DNA from: Alphaproteobacteria bacterium
GTDB taxonomy: Bacteria; Pseudomonadota; Alphaproteobacteria; Micavibrionales; UBA2020
Assembly: GCA_035437825.1 (NCBI GenBank)
Contig: DAOMYX010000009.1
Coordinates: 952-64,951 of the forward strand
Length of the DNA: 64,000 bases
Direction: 5' to 3'
The translations under genes were made by a program, and so were the position numbers. Below, piece after piece: positions 1 through 9,393 of this stretch. The stretch's first letter is position 1. The number at the start of each line of letters is the position of its first letter. Under the pieces are notes generated by a model. The model was not told the origin of the DNA, made no database searches, and saw only the letters and a program-made list of their open reading frames with translations.

Positions 1-266
1 TCGGGGTTGATGCGTTTTTTCTGCTGCGTCACCATGTCGGTGAATTCCCATTGCTTGCCGTCGAAAATTTTGCGCACGACAACCGCTTCGCCAGTGCTGA
101 TGGTATGCACGGCCTTCGCCTCTGTATCGACGCAGAGCATGACCTGCGCATCTTCCGGCGCGGCCATGGGGGTTTTGAATTCCTTGTCCTTGAGGCCATA
201 GACGGCGGCGGCGCCAAAAGCGGCGGAAAGGGTGAGGGCGGCAATCGCGGCAACGGTCTTTTTCAT
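1..266 (-). CDS. hypothetical exported protein, N-terminal part only (gene runs off the left edge)
   Basis: Reverse-strand ATG at 266-264 opens MKKTVAAIAALTLSAAFGAAAVYGLKDKEFKTP..., a typical signal peptide. The frame stays open to the window edge. It is absent from the ORF track because no stop lies in the window. Confidence 0.55.
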   Translation of the reverse strand, partial: MKKTVAAIAALTLSAAFGAAAVYGLKDKEFKTPMAAPEDAQVMLCVDTEAKAVHTISTGEAVVVRKIFDGKQWEFTDMVTQQKKRINP

Positions 267-388
267 CGGGTTCCTGCTGGTTTTAAATCGGGTGATGGGG
301 GCATCTTATAAAGATTTTATTTTATGTCAAAATATTTTTGACGATATAGACAGCTAAATGCCCGTTTTTAAATGAAAATTCAACAATA

Positions 389-410
389 AAGCCCTGCGGC
401 GGCAGGGCTT
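389..410 (-). terminator. intrinsic-terminator-like hairpin, minus orientation
   Basis: AAGCCCTGC-ggcg-GCAGGGCTT is a 9-bp stem. Only on the minus strand is it followed by a U-rich run (TATTGTTGAATTTTCATTT). No minus-strand gene ends immediately upstream of it. Confidence 0.3.
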
Positions 411-438
411 GGGGCTTAAAAAGCGCTATAAATCCGGC

Positions 439-465
439 TTGACAGTATTTCGGCAATTTTATATC
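439..465 (+). promoter_or_regulatory. sigma70-type promoter candidate for tRNA-Val
   Basis: TTGACA at 439-444, 15-17 nt spacer, TATATC/ATATCC at 460-466, about 25 nt upstream of the mature tRNA 5' end. Confidence 0.4.
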
Positions 466-489
466 CCTATGGCCTGTCCGATTACGGAC

Positions 490-565
490 GGGCGCTTAGC
501 TCAGTTGGTAGAGCACCTCGTTTACACCGAGGGTGTCGGGGGTTCGAGTCCCTCAGCGCCCACCA
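490..565 (+). tRNA. tRNA-Val (anticodon TAC)
   Basis: Full cloverleaf read by hand. Acceptor GGGCGCT/AGCGCCC, D arm GCTC-AGTTGGTA-GAGC, anticodon arm CCTCG-TTTACAC-CGAGG, T arm GGGGG-TTCGAGT-CCCTC, encoded CCA. Confidence 0.95.
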
Positions 566-867
566 TCTTTTCCCGACATCGCAGTTTTACAAAGAGGGGC
601 ACGAAGCCCCCGCTAAATTTATATTTAGCGCGGCAGAGCCGCGCGTGGTTCGAGTCCCTCAGCGCCCACCATCTTTTCCCGACATCGCCGTTTTACAAAG
701 AGGGGCACGAAGCCCCCGCTGAATTTATATTTAGCGCGGCAGAGCCGCGCGTGGTTCGAGTTCCTCAGCGCCCACCATCTTTTCCCAACATCGCAGCTTT
801 ACAAAGAGGGGCACGAAGCCCCCGCTGAGTTTATATTTAGCGCGGCAGAGCCGCGCGTGGTTCGAGT
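541..867 (+). repeat. tandem 106-bp repeat, 3 full units (541-646, 647-752, 753-858) plus a 9-nt stub, each starting with the 3' 25 nt of tRNA-Val
   Basis: GGTTCGAG occurs at 541, 647, 753 and 859 (exact period 106). Units differ by 2-5 substitutions. Each unit holds hairpins GGGGC-acgaa-GCCCC, GCTAAAT-ttat-ATTTAGC and GCGCGGC-aga-GCCGCGC. Confidence 0.95.
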
Positions 868-1009
868 GACAGCTCTGCGCTTTGTATTGTTACCTTGTAA
901 CGGCTGCGGCGTTATAGTGTAACGAAAACGCCAATAAAACGTCAGTTTCAACGGCGAAAATGCTCGAAACGCTTTGCCTAGGCGTGTGCTGCGGGGATAT
1001 GCTCTTTGC

Positions 1010-2041
1010 ATGACAGCACATCATCATACACATGACGAAAATGAACACGGGCATACGCATGAGCATGGCAGCGGTTGCAGCCATCATCATCACGCGCATG
1101 GCCACGCGCATCATCATGGCCACCATCACGGTCATGGTCATCACGGCCATCATCACCATGTGCCCAAGAATTTCGACCGCCGCTTTGCGATTGGCGCGGG
1201 CATCAATATGCTGTTTGTGGTGCTGGAGCTTACTTTCGGCTTCATTTCGAATTCGCTGGCACTGATTGCGGATGCTATTCACAATTTTTCCGATGTGGTC
1301 GGGCTTTTGCTGGCGTGGGGCGGGGCGTGGCTGGCGCGATTGCTGCCAACGGCGCGGCGCACTTACGGCTTTCGCAGCGCGACTATTCTGGCCGCGCTGA
1401 CCAATGCGGCGCTTTTGTTTGTTGTCGTCGGCGCGATTGTGATTGAAGCGGTGCACCGCTTCATGAAGCCGGCAGAGATGGCCAGCATGACGGTGGTTTG
1501 GGTTGCGCTTGCGGGGATTTTCATCAACGGCGCAACCGCGATGCTGTTCTGGCACGGTCAAAAAGACGACATCAATATCCGCGGCGCATTTCTGCACATG
1601 GCGGCGGATGCCGCGGTGTCGCTGGGTGTTGTGATTGCGGCCTTGGTGATTATGGGGACGGGTTGGTTCTGGGTTGACCCTGTTATCAGTTTGCTGATTG
1701 CGGCCGTTATTCTTTGGAGCACATGGGGATTGGCGCGGGAATCGCTGCACCTGTCGCTGGCGGGCGTACCGCCGCAGATTGACCATGCCGCGGTCAAGGC
1801 ATGGCTCGCAGGGCTGCCGGGAGTAACGGAGGTGCATGATTTGCATATTTGGGCGCTCAGCACGACGGAAAACGCCCTGACGGTTCACCTGCTGCGTCCT
1901 GATGCTGTGGCGGACGACGGCTTTTTGCAAATGGTCGCGGCGGAACTGCAAACGCGCTTTCAGATTCACCATCCGACGATTCAGATTGAAATCGGCAATG
2001 CAAAAGAGGGTTGCAAACTGGCGCCCGCGGATGTCGTTTAA
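1010..2041 (+). CDS. cation diffusion facilitator family divalent-metal efflux transporter (CzcD/ZitB-like) with a His-rich N-terminus
   Basis: Six predicted TM helices with CDF motifs (SLALIADAIHNFSDV, HMAADAAVSLGV) and a C-terminal cytoplasmic domain (HDLHIWALS). ATG 1010 is preferred over the track's TTG at 974. Confidence 0.9.
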   Translation: MTAHHHTHDENEHGHTHEHGSGCSHHHHAHGHAHHHGHHHGHGHHGHHHHVPKNFDRRFAIGAGINMLFVVLELTFGFISNSLALIADAIHNFSDVVGLLLAWGGAWLARLLPTARRTYGFRSATILAALTNAALLFVVVGAIVIEAVHRFMKPAEMASMTVVWVALAGIFINGATAMLFWHGQKDDINIRGAFLHMAADAAVSLGVVIAALVIMGTGWFWVDPVISLLIAAVILWSTWGLARESLHLSLAGVPPQIDHAAVKAWLAGLPGVTEVHDLHIWALSTTENALTVHLLRPDAVADDGFLQMVAAELQTRFQIHHPTIQIEIGNAKEGCKLAPADVV

Positions 2042-2130
2042 ACTGTATTTTTGATTTTATTGAATAAAATCATTCATATAACACTCTAAACCCTGCGCAT
2101 AAGAAAAACGGTTTATGTCGATTTATTCCG

Positions 2131-2159
2131 TTGACACAGCCCATAAAAAACGTCATTAA
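2131..2159 (+). promoter_or_regulatory. sigma70-type promoter candidate for tRNA-Asp
   Basis: TTGACA at 2131-2136, 17-nt spacer, CATTAA at 2154-2159, about 25 nt upstream of the tRNA. Confidence 0.35.
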
Positions 2160-2183
2160 ATACGTCCTGACTGCAAGAGAATT

Positions 2184-2260
2184 GCGGGTGTAGCTCAGTT
2201 GGTTAGAGCGCATGCCTGTCACGCATGAGGCCGCGGGTTCAAGTCCCGTCACTCGCGCCA
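2184..2260 (+). tRNA. tRNA-Asp (anticodon GTC)
   Basis: Cloverleaf read by hand. Acceptor GCGGGTG/CACTCGC, anticodon arm CATGC-CTGTCAC-GCATG, T arm GCGGG-TTCAAGT-CCCGT, encoded CCA. Confidence 0.95.
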
Positions 2261-2464
2261 TTCTCTTCCCCGACCGGGGATTTCACACCGTCGTGACCGG
2301 TGTTCAAAATAATCCTGAAAAACCCTTTTTTTTCAAACATAAAAGAGCTAAAAGCTCTTTAACCCTGTCATGGACAGGCGTAATATTGTTTCGCCAGTGA
2401 TTCCCGCCCGCAGCGGACGGTTCATATCACGGGTATGGCTCCGTCTTTAAGGGAAGCGCGCGAC

Positions 2465-2836
2465 ATGATTGCGACCAACATTCTCAGCGACTATTTGCCG
2501 ATTGTCATCTTTCTGGGCATCGCCATGGGGCTTGCCATCGTGATGGTATTGGCATCGTTCCTCGTCGCGCGTCAAAATCCGGACAGTGAAAAGATTTCGC
2601 CGTATGAATGCGGCTTCGAGCCCTTCGGCGATGCGCGCAGCAAGTTCGACGTGCGTTTTTATCTGGTCGCCATTTTGTTCATCATCTTCGACCTTGAAAT
2701 CGCCTTCCTGTTTCCGTGGGCGATTACGCTGGGTGAAATCGGCGTGTACGGTTTCTGGTCGATGATGCTTTTCCTCGGCGTTTTGACTGTGGGCTTTATT
2801 TACGAGTGGCGCAAAGGCGCCCTCGATTGGGAGTAA
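2465..2836 (+). CDS. nuoA: NADH-quinone oxidoreductase subunit A
   Basis: [22 protein letters not shown] and [11 protein letters not shown] are ND3/NuoA signatures. ATG 2465 (AAGGGAAG upstream) gives a normal 123 aa; the track start at 2435 remains possible. Confidence 0.9.
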   Translation: MIATNILSDYLPIVIFLGIAMGLAIVMVLASFLVARQNPDSEKISPYECGFEPFGDARSKFDVRFYLVAILFIIFDLEIAFLFPWAITLGEIGVYGFWSMMLFLGVLTVGFIYEWRKGALDWE

Positions 2837-2840
2837 TCGC

Positions 2841-3386
2841 ATGGACACCAACATGAAAATCGGCCAGCCCATTCCGCCGGGTGCCGCGCAAAACGCGCTT
2901 ATCACCGCCGCGACGGAAGAGTTGCAGACAAAGGGCTTTATCGTATCGCAGGTCGATAACCTGCTCGATTGGGCGCGCACGGGTTCGCTCTGGCCCATGA
3001 CCTTTGGTCTGGCGTGCTGCGCGGTTGAAATGATTCACAGCTACATGTCGCGCTATGACCTTGACCGTTTCGGCGTTATCCCGCGCCCGAGCCCGCGCCA
3101 GTCCGACGTGATGATTGTCGCAGGGACGCTGACCAACAAAATGGCGCCCGCGCTGCGCAAGGTTTACGACCAGATGGCAGAGCCGCGCTGGGTGATTTCC
3201 ATGGGTTCCTGCGCCAACGGGGGCGGGTACTATCACTATTCCTATTCCGTCGTGCGCGGTTGCGACCGCGTGGTGCCGGTTGACATCTATGTGCCGGGCT
3301 GCCCGCCGACCGCAGAGGCGCTGGTGTACGGTATCCTGCAGCTCCAGAAAAAAATCCAGCGCGAAGGCTCGCGCCTTGTGAGGTAA
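2841..3386 (+). CDS. nuoB: NADH-quinone oxidoreductase subunit B
   Basis: Cluster-N2 cysteine motifs: [25 protein letters not shown]. Confidence 0.97.
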   Translation: MDTNMKIGQPIPPGAAQNALITAATEELQTKGFIVSQVDNLLDWARTGSLWPMTFGLACCAVEMIHSYMSRYDLDRFGVIPRPSPRQSDVMIVAGTLTNKMAPALRKVYDQMAEPRWVISMGSCANGGGYYHYSYSVVRGCDRVVPVDIYVPGCPPTAEALVYGILQLQKKIQREGSRLVR

Positions 3387-3391
3387 CAGAC

Positions 3392-4045
3392 ATGTCTGTC
3401 GAAAACGTCGAAGGTCTTGGGGATTATATCGAGGCGGCGATGACGCCCGCCATCCTCAAAAAAGAAATGATACGCGGGGAGCTGATTTTCACCGTGCGCC
3501 GCGAAAGCCTGCGCCGCTTTGTGACGTTCCTTGTCAACGACGCCAACTGCGATTTCCGCCAGTTGATGGACGTTTGCGGCGTGGATTACCCCGAACGCGA
3601 CGAGCGTTTCGAGGTGGTTTATAACCTGCTCAGCCTGAAACACAATTTCCGCATCCGCGTCAAAGTCACGACGGACGAGGAAACGCCGGTTGATTCCGTT
3701 TGCGGCATCTTCAGCGGCGCGAACTGGTTTGAACGCGAAGTGTGGGATATGTACGGTATCCGCTTCAACGACCACCCCGACATGCGCCGCATCCTCACCG
3801 ATTACGGTTTTGAAGGTCACCCGCTGCGCAAAGACTTCCCGCTGACGGGTTTTGTAGAAGTGCGCTATGACGAAACGCAAAAACGCGTGGTGTACGAGCC
3901 TGTGAAGCTGACGCAGGAATTCCGCAATTTCGATTTCACCAGCCCGTGGGAAGGCATGACGACCATGCAGCTGCCGGGTGACGAAAAAGCCGTGAAGCAA
4001 AAAGTCGGCGCGGATTTGAAACCGCTTGAGGAGAAAAAGGCATGA
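3392..4045 (+). CDS. nuoC: NADH-quinone oxidoreductase subunit C
   Basis: 30-kDa subunit motif [21 protein letters not shown]; position between nuoB and nuoD. Confidence 0.95.
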   Translation: MSVENVEGLGDYIEAAMTPAILKKEMIRGELIFTVRRESLRRFVTFLVNDANCDFRQLMDVCGVDYPERDERFEVVYNLLSLKHNFRIRVKVTTDEETPVDSVCGIFSGANWFEREVWDMYGIRFNDHPDMRRILTDYGFEGHPLRKDFPLTGFVEVRYDETQKRVVYEPVKLTQEFRNFDFTSPWEGMTTMQLPGDEKAVKQKVGADLKPLEEKKA

Positions 4046-5244
4046 GCGCAGAGGACATGGATATCGCCCCGCGCGAGAAGATTAAGCCCTATACCATCAA
4101 CTTCGGCCCGCAGCACCCTGCGGCGCACGGTGTTTTGCGCCTCATCCTTGAAATGGACGGCGAGGTGGTAGAGCGTGCCGACCCCCACATCGGCCTTCTG
4201 CACCGCGGTACCGAAAAGCTTATCGAATATAAAACCTATCTGCAGGCTGTGCCGTATTTCGACCGTCTCGACTACGTCGCGCCGATGAATCAGGAACACG
4301 CTTTCGCGCTTGGGGTTGAAAAACTGCTGGGCATCACCGCGCCCGCGCGCGCGCAGCACATCCGCGTGCTGTTCGCAGAGCTGGGCCGCGTGCTGAACCA
4401 CATTTTGAACCTGACGACCTATGCGCTTGACGTCGGTGCGCTGACGCCTGCGCTTTGGGGTTTTGAAGAGCGCGAAATCGGCATGGAGTTTTACGAGCGC
4501 GTTTGCGGCGCGCGCCTGCATGCCAACTATTTCCGCCCCGGCGGAGTGCATCAGGACATGCCGGCAGGTCTTGCCGAAGACATGTACGCCTATGCCGACA
4601 GCGTACTTGAATTCATCAACGACATGGAAAGCCTGCTGACCGAAAACCGCATTTTCAAACAGCGTACGGTTGATATCGGTATCGTTTCCAAGCGCGAGGC
4701 ATTGGACTGGGGTTTTTCCGGCCCCATGCTGCGCGCATCGGGCGTGCCGTGGGATTTGCGCAAGTCGCAGCCCTATGACTGCTATGCCGATATGGATTTC
4801 GACATTCCGACGGGCACAACGGGCGATTGCTACGCCCGCTATCTGGTGCGTGTCGAGGAAATGCGCCAGTCCTGCAAAATCATGAAACAGGCTATCGAGA
4901 AAATGCCCAAGGGCCCCGTGATGGTCGATGACCACAAAGTCACGCCGCCCAGCCGTGCGGACATGAAAAACTCGATGGAAGCGCTCATCCACCACTTCAA
5001 GCTTTATACCGAAGGCTACCATGTGCCGGCGGGTGAGACCTATACGGCCGTCGAAGCGCCCAAGGGCGAGTTTGGCGTCTATCTGGTATCGGACGGCAGT
5101 AACAAGCCGTACCGCTGCCATATCCGCGCCCCGGGTTTCGCGCATTTGTCCGCTCTGGACTTCATGTCCAAAGGACACATGCTGGCCGACGCGGTTTCGG
5201 TTATCGGCTCGCTCGACATCGTTTTTGGCGAGATTGACAGGTGA
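4042..5244 (+). CDS. nuoD: NADH-quinone oxidoreductase subunit D
   Basis: 49-kDa subunit motifs [23 protein letters not shown] and C-terminal [13 protein letters not shown] overlap with nuoC. Confidence 0.97.
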   Translation: MSAEDMDIAPREKIKPYTINFGPQHPAAHGVLRLILEMDGEVVERADPHIGLLHRGTEKLIEYKTYLQAVPYFDRLDYVAPMNQEHAFALGVEKLLGITAPARAQHIRVLFAELGRVLNHILNLTTYALDVGALTPALWGFEEREIGMEFYERVCGARLHANYFRPGGVHQDMPAGLAEDMYAYADSVLEFINDMESLLTENRIFKQRTVDIGIVSKREALDWGFSGPMLRASGVPWDLRKSQPYDCYADMDFDIPTGTTGDCYARYLVRVEEMRQSCKIMKQAIEKMPKGPVMVDDHKVTPPSRADMKNSMEALIHHFKLYTEGYHVPAGETYTAVEAPKGEFGVYLVSDGSNKPYRCHIRAPGFAHLSALDFMSKGHMLADAVSVIGSLDIVFGEIDR

Positions 5245-5276
5245 TGATGTCCACAAATAACAAATATATTTCCATC

Positions 5277-5378
5277 GTCATTCCGGCGAAAGCCGGAATC
5301 CAGCAGTGCGCCTGCGCGTCATATAAGTCATGTGACGGCCGGACGGCCTTCTGGATGCCGGAACAAGTCCGGCATGAC
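5277..5378. mobile_element. 102-bp MITE-like nested palindromic element in the nuoD-nuoE spacer
   Basis: Left arm GTCATTCCGGCgaaaGCCGGAATCCAG (5277-5303) and right arm CTGGATGCCGGAacaagTCCGGCATGAC (5351-5378) are inverted copies of each other, and each arm is itself a hairpin. A related copy lies at 56904-56984. Confidence 0.7.
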
Positions 5379-5405
5379 AAAGGTCACGAGGAGTAGTCAG
5401 TCGTC

Positions 5406-6062
5406 ATGTCACACGCATGTCACAAGCATTTTGAACAGCCGAAGGAATTCAAGTTCTCCGCCGAGAACATGAAACATATCGAGCAGTTCATCGCCAAATA
5501 CCCGAAAGGCAAGCAGCAGAGCGCTATCATGCCGCTGCTCGACCTTGCGCAGCGCCAGCATGACAACTGGATACCCGAGGCGGCGATGGAAGAAATCGCC
5601 CGTATCCTCGACGTGCCGCGTATCCGCGTGTTTGAAGTTGCGACGTTCTACACCATGTATAACCTCGCCCCGCGCGGTAAACACCACCTGCAATTCTGCA
5701 CCACGACGCCGTGCTGGTTGCGCGGCTCTGCCGATGTTGTTTCGGCTTGCGAAAAACATCTGGGCATCAAACTGGGCGAAACGACCGAAGACGGCATGTT
5801 CACCATTACCGACGTTGAATGCCTCGGCGCTTGCGTGAATGCGCCGGTCGTGCAGCGCAACGGCGACGAATACTACGAAGACCTGACGCCGGAAAACGTG
5901 GTCAAGGTTCTCGAAGACCTCAAGGCCGGCAAAACGCTGGAGCATGGGTCCAAAGGCGGGCGCAACAAATCCATGAGCGCCGCAGGCACGACGACGCTGG
6001 TCGAACAGGCGGGCAAATCCGGTATTCCGGTGGCCACCGATGCCGCGAAGGGGAAAAAATAA
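5406..6062 (+). CDS. nuoE: NADH-quinone oxidoreductase subunit E
   Basis: 24-kDa subunit 2Fe-2S pattern ([23 protein letters not shown]); long basic C-terminal tail. Confidence 0.95.
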   Translation: MSHACHKHFEQPKEFKFSAENMKHIEQFIAKYPKGKQQSAIMPLLDLAQRQHDNWIPEAAMEEIARILDVPRIRVFEVATFYTMYNLAPRGKHHLQFCTTTPCWLRGSADVVSACEKHLGIKLGETTEDGMFTITDVECLGACVNAPVVQRNGDEYYEDLTPENVVKVLEDLKAGKTLEHGSKGGRNKSMSAAGTTTLVEQAGKSGIPVATDAAKGKK

Positions 6063-7345
6063 TGTTGCAAGATAAAGACAGGATTTTTACCAACCTCTAC
6101 GGCTGGCAGGGCGCTGACCTGAAATCCGCGCAGGCGCGTGGTGATTGGAGCGGCACCAAGGATTTGATGGCCAAGGGCCACGACTGGATTATCGAAGAGG
6201 TCAAAACGTCCGAACTGCGCGGCCGCGGCGGCGCAGGCTTCCCGACCGGCATGAAATGGTCTTTCATGCCCAAAGAAAGCAAGGACGGCCGCCCGAACTA
6301 CCTCGTCATCAACGCCGATGAATCCGAGCCGGGCACCTGCAAGGACCGCGACATCATCCGCCACGAGCCGCATAAAATTGTCGAAGGCGCGCTGCTCGCG
6401 TCCTACGCCATGCGCGCGCATGCCTGCTATATCTACATCCGCGGCGAATTCTATATGGAAGCGATGGCGCTGCAAAAAGCCATCGACGAAGCCTACGCAG
6501 CCGGTTTGATTGGCAAAAACGCTAGCGGCAGCGGCTGGGATTTCGACCTGTACCTGCACCGCGGCGCGGGGGCTTATATCTGCGGCGAAGAAACCGCGCT
6601 TCTGAACTCTCTTGAAGGTAAAAAAGGCCAGCCGCGCAACAAGCCGCCGTTTCCGGCGGGCGCTGGGCTCTATGCTTGCCCGACGACGGTCAACAACATT
6701 GAAACCATCGCCGTGGTGCCGGAAATCCTGCGCCGCGGGGGCGCTTGGTTCGCCTCCATCGGGCCCGAAAAAAACCGCGGCACGAAGGTGTTCTGCATCT
6801 CCGGCCATGTCAACAATCCTTGCAACGTCGAAGAAGCCCTCGGCGTGCCGCTGAAAGATTTGATTGAAAAACACGCGGGCGGCGTGCGCGGCGGGTGGGA
6901 TAACCTGCTGGCGATTATCCCCGGTGGTTCTTCCACGCGTCTGCTTCCGCGCGATGTTTGCGACACCATCACCATGGATTTCGATGCCCTGCGCGGCGCG
7001 TGGTCGGGTCTTGGTACCGCGGGCGTGATTGTGATGGATAAATCGACCGATGTGGTTTACGCGATTGCGCGTCTGGCGCGTTTTTACTGGCACGAAAGCT
7101 GCGGCCAGTGCACGCCCTGCCGCGAAGGCACGGGCTGGATGTACCGCATCATGCAGCGCATGGTGAAGGGCGAGGCGAATATCGAGGAAATCGACATGCT
7201 CCTCGACATCGGCTCCGAAATCGAAGGTCATACTATTTGCGCACACGGCGATGCTTCGGCTTGGCCCATCCAAGGCCTCATCAAGCATTTCCGCCCCGAA
7301 ATGGAAAAGCGCATCCTCGAATACCGCAAGCGTCTGGTGGCGTAA
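6062..7345 (+). CDS. nuoF: NADH-quinone oxidoreductase subunit F
   Basis: [23 protein letters not shown] and [12 protein letters not shown] motifs. Start moved to ATG 6062 (TAATG junction with nuoE); the track's 5819 start is an Arg-rich overlap with nuoE. Confidence 0.95.
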   Translation: MLQDKDRIFTNLYGWQGADLKSAQARGDWSGTKDLMAKGHDWIIEEVKTSELRGRGGAGFPTGMKWSFMPKESKDGRPNYLVINADESEPGTCKDRDIIRHEPHKIVEGALLASYAMRAHACYIYIRGEFYMEAMALQKAIDEAYAAGLIGKNASGSGWDFDLYLHRGAGAYICGEETALLNSLEGKKGQPRNKPPFPAGAGLYACPTTVNNIETIAVVPEILRRGGAWFASIGPEKNRGTKVFCISGHVNNPCNVEEALGVPLKDLIEKHAGGVRGGWDNLLAIIPGGSSTRLLPRDVCDTITMDFDALRGAWSGLGTAGVIVMDKSTDVVYAIARLARFYWHESCGQCTPCREGTGWMYRIMQRMVKGEANIEEIDMLLDIGSEIEGHTICAHGDASAWPIQGLIKHFRPEMEKRILEYRKRLVA

Positions 7346-7359
7346 GGAGAGCAATAACA

Positions 7360-9393
7360 ATGCCTAAACTCACAATCGACGGCATGGAAGTCACGGTAGA
7401 GCCGGGGACTTCGATTATTCAGGCGGCGGAGCAGCTGGGCATTGAAGTGCCGCGCTTTTGCTATCACGACAAGCTGTCCGTGCCGGCCAATTGCCGCATG
7501 TGTCTGGTCGAGGTTGAAAAATCGCCCAAGCCGGTCGCTTCCTGCGCGATGCCCTGCGCCGACGGCATGAACGTTTTCACCAAATCGCCGCTGGCGCAAA
7601 AAGCGCGCAAGGGCGTGATGGAAATGCTCCTGGTCAACCACCCGCTGGATTGCCCGATTTGCGACCAGGGCGGCGAGTGCGATTTGCAGGACCAGGCCGT
7701 TGCTTACGGTTTCGACCGCTCCCGCTACCGCGAAGAAAAGCGCGCGGTGAAAGATAAAGAACTCGGCCCGCTGGTCAAAACCGTCATGACGCGCTGCATC
7801 CACTGCACGCGCTGTGTGCGTTTCGGTGATGAAATCGCGGGCGTGGACGACATGGGCGTTTTGAACCGTGGCGAACACCTTGAAATCGGCACCTATGTCG
7901 AACAGATGGTCAATTCCGAACTGTCGGGCAACCTGATTGACGTGTGCCCCGTCGGTGCGCTGACGTCGAAGCCCTATGCCTTCACGGCGCGTCCGTGGGA
8001 GCTGCGCAAAGTCGATAGCCTTGATGTATTCGATGCCGTCGGCTCCAACATCCGCATCGATACGCGTGGCGGCGCCGTTATGCGCATCCAACCGCGCCTG
8101 AACGAAGAAGTGAACGAAGAATGGATTTCCGACAAGGTGCGCTTTTCGTGGGATGGCCTCAAGCAAGGCCGCCTCGATACGCCCTATGTGCGTAAAGACG
8201 GCAAGCTGCAACCCGCCAGCTGGGGCGAGGCATTTGGCGCCATCGCCGACCGTATCGCAGGGCTGAGCGGCCAGAAAATGGCGGCGGTTGTTGGCGATAC
8301 GGCAGACTGCGAAGCCATCGTCGCGCTTAAAGACCTTATGACCGCACTTGGCTGCAATGCGTTTGAATGCCGCACGGATGGCGCGCAGTTTGATACGGCG
8401 GTGCCGGCGGGCTGGCTTTTCAACACCACGATTGCAGGGCTGGAAGATGCCGATGCGATTTTGCTGGTCGGCACCAACCCGCGCACCGAAGCGGCGCTGG
8501 TCAATGCGCGCATCCGCAAAACGTGGCTGGCGAAGCGCATTAAAATCGGCCTGATTGGCGAACAGTGCGACCTTAACTACCCCGTGAAATATCTGGGGGC
8601 AGGGGCGGAGACGCTGGAAGAACTGGCCGCAGGCAAAGGCGCTTTCGCCGAAGTGCTGAAGGGCGCGAAGAACCCCGTGATTATTCTGGGCATGGGCGCG
8701 CTGCGCCGTGCTGACGGTATGGCTATCCACGCGCTCGCGCGTAAAGTCGCCGAGACTTATAATATGGTGCGCGAAGACTGGAACGGCTTTAACCTGCTGC
8801 ATACGGCCGCAAGCCGCGTGGGCGCGCTGATGCTGGGCTTCACCGGCGGCAATCTTGAAAAGATGCCGTCCGCGCAGATGCTGTATCTGCTGGATTGCGA
8901 CGATGTGCCCGCAGATAAAATCGGCAAAGATACGTTTGTCATCTACCAAGGCCACCACGGCGACAAAGCGGCGGCGCGTGCCGACGTTATTCTGCCGGGT
9001 GCCGCCTATACCGAGAAAAATGCCACCTATGTGAACACCGAAGGCCGCGTGCAAACCGCGCGCCAAGCGGTATTCCCGCCGGGCGAGGCACGCGAAGATT
9101 GGAAAATCATCCGCGCGCTTTCTGAACTGCTGGCAAAAACGCTGCCCTATGACGACATCGTGCAGGTGCGCGCGCGTCTGGCCGCCGTCAACCCTGCATT
9201 TGCCGAGGTGAACCAACCGCTGAAAGCGGAATGGAAACCCTTCGGTGCGGAAGGCAAGGCTGATAAAGCGCCCTTCGCCGTGGCCGTTGAAAACTTCTAT
9301 CAAACCGACAGCGTGACGCGCGCATCGAAAACGATGGCCGCCTGCACCGCTTCTTTTGTCGCTAACGCAACGCCTGCGAAAACGGGGACGTGA
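7360..9393 (+). CDS. nuoG: NADH-quinone oxidoreductase subunit G
   Basis: N-terminal 2Fe-2S fold ([18 protein letters not shown]), [34 protein letters not shown] at 7344-7350 precedes ATG 7360; the track start at 7108 overlaps nuoF. Confidence 0.95.
   Translation: MPKLTIDGMEVTVEPGTSIIQAAEQLGIEVPRFCYHDKLSVPANCRMCLVEVEKSPKPVASCAMPCADGMNVFTKSPLAQKARKGVMEMLLVNHPLDCPICDQGGECDLQDQAVAYGFDRSRYREEKRAVKDKELGPLVKTVMTRCIHCTRCVRFGDEIAGVDDMGVLNRGEHLEIGTYVEQMVNSELSGNLIDVCPVGALTSKPYAFTARPWELRKVDSLDVFDAVGSNIRIDTRGGAVMRIQPRLNEEVNEEWISDKVRFSWDGLKQGRLDTPYVRKDGKLQPASWGEAFGAIADRIAGLSGQKMAAVVGDTADCEAIVALKDLMTALGCNAFECRTDGAQFDTAVPAGWLFNTTIAGLEDADAILLVGTNPRTEAALVNARIRKTWLAKRIKIGLIGEQCDLNYPVKYLGAGAETLEELAAGKGAFAEVLKGAKNPVIILGMGALRRADGMAIHALARKVAETYNMVREDWNGFNLLHTAASRVGALMLGFTGGNLEKMPSAQMLYLLDCDDVPADKIGKDTFVIYQGHHGDKAAARADVILPGAAYTEKNATYVNTEGRVQTARQAVFPPGEAREDWKIIRALSELLAKTLPYDDIVQVRARLAAVNPAFAEVNQPLKAEWKPFGAEGKADKAPFAVAVENFYQTDSVTRASKTMAACTASFVANATPAKTGT

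Noticed and set aside
409-828. 139-aa + strand ORF spanning tRNA-Val and the 106-bp repeats
   Set aside because: It reads directly through a canonical tRNA gene, and its periodic protein sequence only reflects the DNA repeat. No RBS or coding signal.
541-867. Possible CRISPR array
   Set aside because: The whole 106-bp unit repeats, so there are no unique spacers. No cas genes are present, and the repeat core is the tRNA 3' end.
490-1000. Integrated island or prophage at the tRNA-Val 3' end
   Set aside because: Duplicated tRNA 3' ends suggest att sites, but the copies are only 81 nt apart with no cargo. No integrase, excisionase or phage gene occurs in the window, and the next gene is a chromosomal-type CDF transporter.
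890-1972. 360-aa minus-strand ORF
   Set aside because: It is the antisense of the well-supported CDF transporter gene. Its Arg/His/Gln-rich, low-complexity product is typical of GC-rich antisense frames.
2341-2362. AAAGAGC-taaaa-GCTCTTT hairpin after tRNA-Asp as a terminator
   Set aside because: The GC core is only 4 bp, and the stem is mostly A-T. It is too weak to call with confidence.
5819-6061. N-terminal extensions offered by the ORF track for nuoF (5819), nuoG (7108), lolD (23192), dnaE (24715), rpsB (29594), tsf (30504), cdsA (33644), lpxA (41721), the RHH gene (48242) and the secreted orphan (62016)
   Set aside because: The extensions overlap the preceding gene or have Arg-rich nonsense composition. 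Internal ATG/GTG codons with an RBS or stop-start coupling give family-typical N-termini.
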